Shown here in pieces: positions 23,762 through 35,070 of a DNA stretch of 64,000 bases. The translations under genes were made by a program, and so were the position numbers. Origin of the DNA: Vezdaea acicularis (Eukaryota); the NCBI GenBank assembly GCA_026025075.1, contig JAPEUI010000024.1, positions 62,001 through 126,000 on the forward strand, read 5' to 3'. Position 1 is the stretch's first letter; every line of letters starts with the position of its first letter. Under the pieces are notes generated by a model. It saw only the letters and a list, made by a program, of their open reading frames with translations. It made no database searches and had not been told where the DNA came from.

Positions 23762-25918
23762 TCAAAAGACTGCGCCACCTATGATAAAGATCCTTTCCTC
23801 TTCCCTTCTTACCCATTGGATGATCTTATTCGCTCCTTGAGCGAGCGCGCTTTTGCTGGCATTAGGAGCTGCTACACAATATAGCTCAAAGAGCTGGGTA
23901 ACCCAGGCGAGAGATATCGAGTCGCGGCTTGAACAATGGTGCACTTTTAGATGGACGTATTTGGTATGAACACTGGCATGTAAATTATGGTAAAGTGAGA
24001 GAAGTCTATAAACATTAGCCTTAGGTTCAAAGACCACACATATGAGGGATGTACCTTCTCCGTGCTAGAACACTTGTGAAGTGTGGTTCGTAGGAAGACA
24101 TAACAAACTGGACATTGCCGCGCGATTTATACAAGAAGTGCCGCAAGACGGTTCCAGGAGCAATATCAGTTGTGTTTGGTCGACCTTTAGTAACAGCATC
24201 TCTGATGATGTCCATGCTGCCGTTTTTCTCGAGTTGCTAGAGGAGTGATTAAGCACTGAACTTCTCCTCAGGAGGGAATAGCAATAATATTACCTTGAGA
24301 ACCTCGTCACGCATGTGCTGAAGGTCATAAAAGCTCTCTTTATCTGTGCTGATCAAGATTATGGCGATCTGTTCTAAGGTCTCGCTGACACCTTTCTGGC
24401 TGTCCTCACTTCCTTCACTTTCTGGTCGTGCAGGAAGGAAGTTGACGTACATATACAAGAAGCCTGTATTATTAAAGGCGGGTAAGCACAAGGGAATCCA
24501 ATTCTCTCCCCCAGCCGCTTTGACGGCCTCGGCCTCGAAAAGCATGTTAAATACCAGTTGTAAGTCACCAGGGTGGAGAGAGTGACGCTTCGGACGAATA
24601 ACGCTGACAAGCCTGCCGCCTGCAACTATCAACCCGTATAACAGACTTGGAACTTTGGCTTTTAAGAGACTGTTATTGATAACTGCCCGCTGAGACTTCC
24701 TGATCTTCAGGCACTCCAATGCTCCCAATAAAGTTGATGGAGAGCCGCGAATGAACGTGTCCGTAAGACCCGAGAGTAACGGCTCAGTGCCTTGAAGTGG
24801 CCTTCTGAGGTCCGTTGAGGGTCTATTTGCGAACAGCGTCTTAAGGCCTGGCAGCGTGAGAGTTGATAAGATTTGCATATACATAGCTTCGAGCTGAGCC
24901 CGCAATTGGGAGTCGCTTTCGCCGAGGCGACTGATAGCGACAAGGTACAGGGGACCCTCTGTTAAGATAACAAATCGGGTTCCGCCGGCCATGAAACTCA
25001 TGAGAGAGTCTTCAGCGTCTTGGTAAAAGCTGATGATCGTCTGTATGATCCCAATATGGCTAGATACTAAACTTTGGTTCCCGTGCCTTGTGTACACTGG
25101 TTTCCCCGCCGTTGAAAGAACAAGGAAATGCTTTAATTTAGACTTCCATTGGGCGAGCAATGCCTCTGCGAAAAGGTAAATACGCAAGCTTCCCAAGGTA
25201 GTAGCCTAGCTCACCTTCGTTAGCTCCGTTGTCGTCTAGATCATCGATCTCGTTAAGTTCTTGCTCAAAGTCAAAGCCTGCATCGTCATCACCACCTTCG
25301 AGCTCATCAAATGATCTTGTAACGCCAAGGTACGCATGCAGGCGTTTCCATTCTGCACCTTCCTGCTCTCGGTTCAAGACATCTCCGAGTATACTTTCCG
25401 TATCTACCGTAGCTTCCAAAGTCGGAGCATAGCTTATGATGCTTGCATTATCATCGGCACTACTGTCCTGCAACTTTCGACTACGCGGGGTTTCAGCGCG
25501 ACCTGGAATTAGAGTTCCAGAGGTAGAGGCATGTGTTGAGAGGTATGAAGGTGATGAGAAAGTTTGCCTCGATCCATCTTGAGTAGAATGGGTATGTATG
25601 TCAGTTAATGAGAGTGCTGTTGTAGCTGTCGACGACAATGGCGGTCGCAAGTTAGATAGATCCCGCTTAGGAGGAGCTAATGTAGTTGAAGCACGTACTG
25701 CCGCAGACGGCCGCGGTGGTAGTGGAGGAGGAGGTTCGTCTGTGGTCTTATTAGTGATCAGCGGGAATCCCAATATACGATAGAGGTGCTTTTATACCTA
25801 TCCAGGTCCTCGCAGGGTCTGCGACTCGTGTATCTGAGCGCAAATTGTGGTGGCTTGCCTTTCCGGTTTTATCATTGTGAACAGGAGCATTTCCTAGGCG
25901 GGCATGAGAGTCACCCAT
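23762..25918 (-). CDS. MON1: Vacuolar fusion protein Mon1 (Mon1-Ccz1 Rab7 GEF subunit)
   Basis: [80 protein letters not shown] and C-terminal [13 protein letters not shown]. Multi-exon; the first exon MGDSHARLG... was inferred from splice phase. Confidence 0.92.
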
Positions 25919-26211
25919 GAGAAGCTTGAGCTAAGATTAAAGAGAAAACTATTAGTTGCTCAAAATCTAGCAATCTCCGGAGTGAAATGCTCTACACCAC
26001 GGATCTGCACAATTATTCTCAACAGGCTACCGAGGGACATACGGCGTAGCATTAAAGCCAGCACGGCCGGAAACTTTCCATCTGCCAAGCGTTGTTAGAT
26101 GTAGAACAGCTGGTGATACGTTTTTCTTGAATGGACCATTGTTTGTCTCTCAAGCAGTCTTAGCGATGGCGACCCTCGGTTTTCTGAAGCTATGTGATTT
26201 GTAGATTAATC

Positions 26212-29200
26212 ATGGCCCTCGAACCAAAATCCTTACCAAGGTCGATCTCTCCATCAAGTACCACCAAATATGAGCGTCCTGTTTCCATCCTCTCAAGGGC
26301 CAGGGTTGAGGAAGGTATGACCTATTCTTCAGCTCACGGACATGTTTCGCGCGTTCTTTCACTGACTCCTCCTGACTCTTAGAATCATACAGAAAAGATA
26401 AGGGCTATAGACGTTACGCCGCAAGTGTAGAAAGAGCACTTTTGGTGTTTGACACTGCCTTACATGAATGGGCCGACTACATATCATTTCTCGGACGACT
26501 TCTCAAAGTATGATGAGAGGATTGGCCCATTTCGATGCGTCTGGGCTGAAAAAATCGTGCGCTCTAGGCACTTCAGGGGCATCCAGCTAAGATATCTGTT
26601 GTACCGGTCAAAGCAGATGTAGCGAGAAGACTTGCGCAATGCCTGAACCCAGCCCTACCTTCCGGCGTACATCAAAAAACTATTGAAATTTATGACTACA
26701 TCTTCTCGCTCATTGGGGTAAGCTTCATTGAAATCAAACGAAGCAACCTTAAGATTAACATAAGTCACTTCCAGAGCGAAGTTCTTCGTCATGATCTACC
26801 CCTATATTTTCCCGGTCTCTCCTCAACCTTGACGTTTGCTTCGTTGTCTGTTCGACCTTCTTTTCTGTCTTTAATAGAGAAGCATGTCCTATCACTTCCC
26901 CCAAGTGTGCTGCGCCCGGCTTTGAAAGCAGTTATTCTAGCTCTACTTCCTGGGTTGGAGGAAGAAACAAGCGAGGACTTTGGACGGACATTGGACGTGC
27001 TTAACGGCTTCCGTTCCGTGATGCGAACAACAAAGATTGTGAGTGCAAATGTTGAAGCGAGCTCAGATGACCAGTACTTCTGGCAGTCGTTCTTCCTTGC
27101 TTCTTTGACAAGCTCAAGCCGTAGATCAGGCGCGCTTGCGTTCCTCATACGAAGTTTTCCGACGCTTGGGGACCCTCAAAGCCGGAGTCACACAATCGTC
27201 GGAGAGGAGATAAGCGGGTCTGAATATCGGAAAACCAACCTCCCGCCAGAGGTCGAATCAGTAGTTTCTCCAGAGCCTGGTCTTCTTATCCGCTGCTTGG
27301 TAGCAGGGCTTTCTGATGAGCAACTTTTAATTCAGCGAGGGTTTCTTGATCTTCTGGTCACAAAGGCGCCTTTGCATTCTTCGGTTCTGCAGGAACGGGT
27401 GAGCAAAAATGACCTTGAAAGATTGGTCATAGCAGCAGCTGGTATAGTATCTCGCAGAGATACTAGCCTGAATCGTCGCTTGTGGGCATGGTTTCTAGGC
27501 CCAGAGCCTGTTGGTAAATTTGAGACGGATAGTGTGCAGGGCTCACCAGTCTCGTCCCCTGTACGGTCGGACGGTACCGTAACTCCTACCGAGCTGGCTG
27601 GATCTTCACAGACACATTACTTTGAAGCATATGGACTCCGTGCACTTGTTCAAGGTCTTCGTCATATGATCTTGAGGAACAGCCAAACTCCCCTTCAACG
27701 AGCGAAACCATTCCGTATCTGCCTTTCTTTGATGGATCGTTGGGAAGTTGGGAGTCTGGTAGTGCCGGAGATCTTTCTGACAATCATTGACAGCGTTCGC
27801 CAGTACAAGGATATAGCTGAGTCGGTCGACGCATTCAATGAAGTACTAAGAAGTGCAAGTGTCTTCTTCGATGGAGTTGAAAGTGGTCACATTTGGGGCG
27901 AGATTCACGGTCTGTTATCGGCCGCGATGGACGGTGAATCTATTAAGCAACTGAGTCCTATAAAATGCTTAGATCTTGTTCAATTTGTTGTCAAGAACTT
28001 CAGTCTACAAGAAGAAGAGATGTTGGAATGCCATATCCCACTTGTCGCCGTGGCCCTTGTAACGAAGATAGCCCAGTACGACGGCAAGCTTCATCAAAAC
28101 ACAAGCTTTTTGAATACCAACAAATCGGAAGTAGTCAGTTCAGCATTGACAATAGCAAATCAACTAATATCAATGATACCGGATCGAGTCATTCAGAGGA
28201 GTAGTCTATCAAAAGAATCTTTCGGCCTAAATGACCCCTCCACTCTTAACGATGACGTTTTGAGCTCAATTAAAATGTTCTATGTTCAAGAACAAGGAAA
28301 TCTGAGCATCTCAAGCTCACCATATGCAGTTTCTCAATGGTCCAGGCTTCTCCTACAGCACTGCGGCAGGATTTTCATTTGGCTCCTAAACCTGCAAAGT
28401 TCAAGTAGTGACCTAGAGAGCAGTATCTCAATGCTCACGACTATCATACGGAAACTACCAACTGCGTCAGAGCCTGACACATTGGAGCTTTTCTCAGCTC
28501 TCGAATCCAAATTGATATATCAGCGAACATCTGATCCTCCCAGCTTGTCCCACCGGTCACTGTGCAATATAACCAGAGCAGTCACAATTCTCCATGCGCA
28601 TAGTCATCTATCTTCAACCCAAGTTTCGCAACTCGTGCCATCTGTCGTGGACCATGCTTGGTATCACCTAGCACCTACTTGCCCGAAGTATCATGTGGAA
28701 ACTGTAAGGTTCCTCTGGCAGCTTCAAGAAGCGCTACCTCGAGGGGACCGCCGGGTAGAAGCAGCGATAACTGCCAAGATGGTTGAGAAAGACCAATTCG
28801 GCACCTACTCAGTCAGATCAGCTGAGGCAGGCATGAAATTCGCTATTTTATGGATACAGACTCACCAATTATACGGAGCTCATATCGAGTCTAGTCATGT
28901 TCCACAAACGCCAATCGCTAAGTCCAGTGGTACACAAGACCCAGCGAAGAAACTGGACTATGATATAATGCTCGCTAAGCCCCTATTTCTTATGTTGGAT
29001 GCAATGGCAGATCCTGGCACGGAGCTTTTCGTTTTTGTGCGTAGCTGGATCCAAAACCTGCCTACTGTGAAAAGGTGACCAGAAATAAAGATTACTTATT
29101 TACGGCGACTAATATTGATCCTAGATTATTCCACATAATACTGACCAAATTTTTTGCTTGCAATTTTCTTCGAGATAGGAACAGTGATCCTCCTAGCATT

Positions 29201-32200
29201 GCCTTACGAAGATATCAATATAACTTGAAGGATACGGACGATTTGGAGGACGCGATATACTGCTTTCAAACTATCTCGAACCTCTTGCGCTGGTCACAAG
29301 ATTCTGTATGGGCTACATTATCGCGAGCAGAAGTTTTCAGCATGGGCAATCTAGAGTGTACAATTTTCTTGAATTCTCTTTATCCAAGTTACTAATCAAG
29401 TCTCTATAGACGATTCCCCTGACCAAGCCAGTGTTCAGACCATAGTGGCGAATCTTTGCATCACCGCCATTCATGGAATCTATGATACTGCAGAACCCGC
29501 CCCTTTTCTGCGAACCACCACCTTACATCGTACTGCCTTATCAGTACTACATCAAATTCTCTCGAACCCCTACGCAGTTGCATTGGCAGAGCTTGAACTG
29601 GAGGATATTCTCATTCAGAGGCTATTGTCGACACTACAGGGCTCGGATTCTTTCATACAGATCGAATTGTTAGAATGTTTATTCGACTCGCTTAAACTGC
29701 GGTCACTGAGAGCAACAGGTTCAGCGTCAACAGATTCGAATCCGCCATTTGCTCTAGCACACCATCGAGCCCCATCTAAGGAAATCCTTCAGAACTCTCG
29801 ATTATCCTTAAATACAGATCGGAGCGAGAAAGACAACTCAACTGGACCTTTCCCTCCACCTCCCCAGCTTGTAAAGTGCTTTCAAGCTGCATTTTCGTCT
29901 CCCGCAGCACGTCCAGTACTTGATAGTTGGGTTACTTTTCTGGCTGGATGTCTACCCTTGTACGCTGGCACAATCTTTCAAGTCTTACTACCTCTCGTTG
30001 AAAGCTTATGCACTCAGATCACTGTAGCATTCGACGGGCTGAAGGAAGCCTTTATAATGAGTGGCTCAGCAGGTCCGACTGATTCAGATGTCACAGTTAT
30101 CACCCTTCTCGACGCCCTTGAGATGTTGCTAGCGACCGGCCATGATCGTTTGATGAATGATGAGTTGAAGGATACTTCAGTCAAGAGCCCGGAGCAATCT
30201 CAAGGTTTTTTGAGTACAATGGTATCAGGAGTGTTTGCTAGCGAAAATCCGCTCATAAGAAGTGCCACTGCCAATGATCGATTAACGATTATACTCACCT
30301 TTCAAGACACAGTGAAGATCTGCTTCGCCATTTGGTCCTGGGGCGTGGCCGGCTCTACCGACGCTTACCATGACCCAGCTTCTTCTGCATCTTGCACCTA
30401 TAGCTCTCGCCGGATGAGGAGTCGAGTTCGAAAAATTCTAGAGCACCTATTTAGGGCCGAGCCTTTGGAATGCCTTGAAACTCTTGTAGAGATCTGGAGG
30501 CGTGCAAAAATCGCCCCTCCAAAATCGCCAGCCTCCGTTATTGCACTCCTTGGCAATCTAGACGGTTCTCGACCAAGATTCACAGTACCTGCTATATTCA
30601 ACGCTGTATACAGCAGGACGAGTCCGAATGCCCTCGACCCTCTCCGTAAATCCTCGTTGACCTCAGAACTCGCCGATACAGATGTCATGAACTTCCTTGT
30701 GGAGTACGCTACCTCTTTGGAAGACGACGCTATGGACGAAATATGGACTGACTGCATGACTTTCATCAAGGACGTTTTGTCTAATCCATTTCCTCATCGG
30801 CAAACGCTGCCAAAATTACTAGAATTCACGGCTATCCTGGGGACCAAAGTTGACAATACCAACTTCGGCGAACAGCGGCGGATGCGAAGAGAATTAGCTG
30901 TAAGTATCCAAGCCTTGGATGAAATTTCTGTCCTAAAGCTAAAGCCATCTTAGGATTTATTCATGCGTGTTCTCACGGCAACCTTTACAGCAAAGCCGAT
31001 GGGTTTCGCGCAGGATACTTCCGTACCTGCTGTAAAGGATAGATTTGAAACTACGAAACATTCACTAGGTTCTCAAGCTCCCACAGCGACCCGAGCCGAT
31101 GACATCATATCAATCCTAGTCAATATCATTCCAAATATGCCTACAATTCTTGTGGACTCCGATCGAGTCCTGGCAGCGGCAACGTCCATCTCTGCTCATG
31201 TGATAGTGCCGACGTTGAAGTCAAAATTGTTCCCAGAAAATTTGAGCAAGGGGACCCTTGACATCCTTTATCGCATGTCTCGACTACCGAACACCCAAAA
31301 GCTATGGAAGAAGGATATATCAGACGCCTTTAACGACCCACGGTTCTTAGGCACTAGCTTGTCGCTTGTTACAAGCAATTGGCTCCAACTCCTCCGCCAA
31401 TGGACCCTCAGTGACAAAGATCGTATGCCTGAACTCCTCTCTCGTCTCTCTGCTCCGACAGCTGCTGGCATTGTATTTGGTGTCGGTGCCCAATCTGCGC
31501 GCCTCGAAGGCGATCGGAGAGCACAGCTGAACTTGCGACGCACATCATTACTTATCCTTGCCGCCGCAGACGATGCCTTCACTGCAAACCTCCCCAGCAT
31601 CCACGAAAAGATCTCCGAGCTTCTTGCAGCTACATCTGCTTCGTCGCCATCCTCCCTGACACGTGCCGAGATCTTCATGCTCATCCGCGCCCTCGCCCTC
31701 AAGACCAATCACGCCCACCTCTCCCCCCTTTGGCCTCTCGTCAGCGCAGAGCTACAAGCGGCAATCGCCTCCGTCCTCCCCAACGAGGCCACCTCGAATA
31801 CCTATAACATGTACTCGGTCCTACAAGCTTGCAAGCTGCTCGATCTCCTCCTCGTTCTCGCTCCAGACGATTTCCAGCTGCACGACTGGCTGTTCGTGAC
31901 AGATACCATCGATGCCGTCTATCGCCCCGCCTCCTTCCAACCCATAGCTCTTATTGACCAGGTCTCGAACGAACTCAACACTCTCGCCTCAACGCTCACA
32001 ATCACGCACCACGAGGGTACGCCAGCCGATGTCGCCTCTAAGGAAGAAGCGAGGAAGAAGCCGTTACTAAACTACAAAGATACAAGGGGCGTCAAGCAGG
32101 ATCAGCTCCTGAGGAAAGTGCTGAGACCATTCTTTAGTCAATTGAGCATTTATGCGTTTGAGAGCACGTATGGGATGGGTAGCGTGGATTGGGAAGAGTG

Positions 32201-32255
32201 CAAGCAAGGTGTGCTCGTGGATCTGTTTGATGAGGAGACGATTGTGGCAGGGTGA
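26212..32255 (+). CDS. DOP1: Dopey family protein (Dop1/DopA)
   Basis: Dopey_N motifs across short 5' exons (YRRYAASVERAL...EWADYISFLGRLLK; RLAQCLNPALPSGVHQKTIEIY), then LPGLEEETSEDF and SLNRRLWAWFLGP. C-terminus has LQACKLLDLLL and RPFFSQLSIYAFESTY. Several GT-AG introns. Confidence 0.93.
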
Positions 32256-32446
32256 TCAAATGGTGTGGTCTAGAGAGCGCAAAAAGTGTATGGGTATATG
32301 TGTGTATCCATGGGTGGACGTGACTTTGTCTTGTAGAGAATAGCACATGATGAAACTAATTCTATCATATCAGTTTTGTCCCGCTAATTCCGTCCTGCTA
32401 ATACCGTACTGCTAATATTGTCTGCCAGTACACTACTGTTCTCCTC

Positions 32447-32586
32447 GTTTCGTCCTCCTAGTTCCGTCCTCCTAGTTCCGTCCACCTAGTTCCGTCCTCC
32501 TAGTTCCGTCCTCCTAGTTTCGTCCTCCTAGCTCCGTCCTCCTAGTTCCGTCCTCCTAGCTCCGTCCTCCTAGTTCCGTCCTCCTA
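32447..32586. repeat. Minisatellite, 10 tandem copies of a 14-bp unit (consensus GTTCCGTCCTCCTA)
   Basis: Units start at 32447, 32461, 32475, 32489, 32503, 32517, 32531, 32545, 32559 and 32573, each with 0-1 mismatch. Degenerate relatives flank the array and recur near 32935-32955. Confidence 0.95.
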
Positions 32587-32599
32587 GCTCGCCTTTTTC

Positions 32600-34030
32600 G
32601 TTCCGTTCTCCTGGCTCGCCTTTCTCGTTCCGTCCCCCCATACGCGGCAGGCTGTTGTCAACGTTTAGTTCCAGTTGAAGCCCCTCGAAAGTCGGGATTG
32701 GCCGGTGGTGGAGCGAGAGGAGAAGTATTAGGGACATAGTCTGACAGTGTGTAGTCAGGACTAAATGACGTATGTGTACTGGTTCCCGCAGGATGCGTTT
32801 GCCGTGGGATTGGTTTTTTAGGTTCATCTCTGCTAGGAGCAGATGAAGAGCGTCTATCAACAATGATAGGCTCCTCAGCTTTGCCAGTTGCTTTTCGACG
32901 TTCAGACTCTTCTGGGATATCCTCCATTAAGTCCCGTCCTCCTAGTTCCGTCCTCGTTGGTCCGTTGTTCTGTCCTGCTGACAACGTCCGCTGACGCCGA
33001 CCTGCTAATCGTCTTTTGTTAAATCCACGTCAGTCGTCCGAGGCTTGCCTATAGTGTGAGCCACGGCGTCCGGCGGCCATTGAACCACAAATCCATTCCG
33101 GTGGGCCGTTCTTTCTCCAGGACACCTCCAAGAACTGCTCTCTTGCTTCATTGTCCAATGCAGCAGTCTCTTCGACCAGGGGTACCAAATAACGGCAAGG
33201 ATTTTGCCGGAGGCGCTCTTCTTGCTGGGCGGCGCATACCGTGACCAACTTCCTCCATTCAGGAAGACAGCGAGGGCGCCAATCGCTTCTTGCCCAAGAG
33301 CTTCCATATCAGAGACCCTTGCTTCTGGTGTCCCTCTTCTTCTGCGCCGTTTGCTGCCGCCACATAGCATTGGCTTCAGTCTTGCATTTACCTGTTCCGC
33401 GGTAAGACCATCAAACATAGGGATATAGTCGATAGCTTCGTGTCTGCAAGCAGTCTGCCGTGCATTATAATTGCCTCCCACGATGGCTTCACCACGATGA
33501 GTCGTCTTGCTGATTCGGCAATTGACATGGCCGCGACAATCCACTGAGCCATACACAGCATTCCCTGCATGCATTGGCATTATTCCTGAATCACGCCGAG
33601 TGCCCAAAGTATACGCCGGTGTCATCCTCCGGACGTTTGGATTCGTCTAACGACCTGCCACGAACGTTCTTCCCCGGCGTGAAATTATATTTCTCGCCGC
33701 CGTTCCCTATTGGGATGAGAAAAGCAACCGGACAGCGGTGCCGTCGACCAGTCCTGCCAGGGGCAGCCATGCCAGAGACCATTGCTGCTTCAATGCGTCC
33801 CTCTTTTCGCTGGCGTCCTGCGACAGGCTGTCACCAAAGTCACTCCCCAGCGGATCTGATCTCCTCGTTGTCGTTCTCCGTTGTACCAGCCTCCGTGTTC
33901 TCATTTGAGGTTGTTCTCCGCCGTTCATCGTTGGAATCAAAAAGGGGGCAGTTCTCCGTCGTTATCAAGGCGATCACGTACGTTCACCCCGGTGTGGACT
34001 TGGGACTAGGACATGGAAGTTTTCGCCATG
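32600..34030 (-). pseudogene. Probable decayed gene of unknown family (fragmented ORFs)
   Basis: Successive minus-strand ORF pieces (33591..33782, 33005..33625, 32658..32984) lie in different frames. There are in-frame TGA codons near 33830-33842 and an apparent 1-nt frameshift at GTATACTTTGGGCAC (about 33600-33614). Confidence 0.4.
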
Positions 34031-34067
34031 GGCTTTACAGCCCTACACATAACGCGTATCTTGTATT

Positions 34068-34084
34068 TATATATATATATATAT
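34068..34084. repeat. (TA)8 microsatellite ending in a TATA-like TATAAATA on the minus strand
   Basis: Read directly: tatatatatatatatat. Confidence 0.85.
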
Positions 34085-34144
34085 GCAACGCACTTGTTGG
34101 CGTTATCAGTGCATTGGTGGGGCACCTTTGGCTGAGAGGCAAAG

Positions 34145-34188
34145 ATAGCCACCGCTCACCGCCGTAAGTAGCGGCGAGCGGTGGCTAT
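34145..34188. other. Inverted repeat / hairpin (18-bp stem, 1 mismatch, 8-nt loop)
   Basis: ATAGCCACCGCTCACCGC-cgtaagta-GCGGCGAGCGGTGGCTAT. Confidence 0.9.
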
Positions 34189-35070
34189 GGTGGATCTTCT
34201 TGAGTGTGGTCTAATACGAATCTTCTATTCCTCACCTAGAAAAAGAATCAAGTAAGAAGCTGGTGAGATGGCAGAGATGCCAAAGGTGGGGGTAGGAGCA
34301 ATGGATTTTCACTTCAGGAAAGGTAGGGACGAATAAGAAAAGTGTTTTCCGGTAAACAGATAGGCGATTGTGCGCTGCGCGATTGGCCTCAATGGACAGA
34401 CGAGAAGGTCTTTCAACACCAGATGCTTTCTGGTCCAGTGGCACCAGTTGCACCTGGTTTCCTAGAGAGCTTCAACACTATACCAGGCCAAAGCGATTCA
34501 AACAATTGATGTTGACCATCCCACTCACTCGTAGGGGTAAAGCTGTAATTGAACGAACAGCACGATACATTGGGAATCCTCTCCCAGATCGTTTAGTATC
34601 ACGTTCAGGATAGGCAGATATCCAGTGATATAACCTATCAAGCAACCATAGCAGGTTACTGTGATTGAGCACAACGGATGAAGTTATATGATTACCATGT
34701 AGCTTCCCGACAAGTGCCTTTACTACAGCAAGTCCGCGCAATCGAGAGAGTGCTCCATTTGAGTTTAGATTATGAAAAAGCTTCCTTCTTCATGGCACTA
34801 CCAGCAGTTGAGAGCAAGGTAATATTCAACACTTGCAGGATATTAGAAACAAGTGTAGGGAATGACAAGTCATTAAACATAGCCTTATGATCTGCATAAT
34901 TTGAATGGACAGATAAAACGTTAAGCAACAGAAGCCCCATTGAAAGTTGAGCAGACAATGTTACGACGCTCTGAGCGAAGAAAGAGAAGATACTAGCCAC
35001 TCATGTCTAGTAAAATTAATCACGCTTCAGTTCAGGGATGAACGGCACTTTTGCAACCAAAATGGAAGCT

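Noticed and set aside
32447..32586. CRISPR array or telomeric repeat
   Set aside because: Units are contiguous with no unique spacers, there are no cas genes, the context is eukaryotic, and the unit is not TTAGGG-like.
34145..34215. Helitron 3' terminus
   Set aside because: The hairpin is present, but no CTRR end lies at the expected short distance on either strand and no Rep/helicase remnant was recognised.
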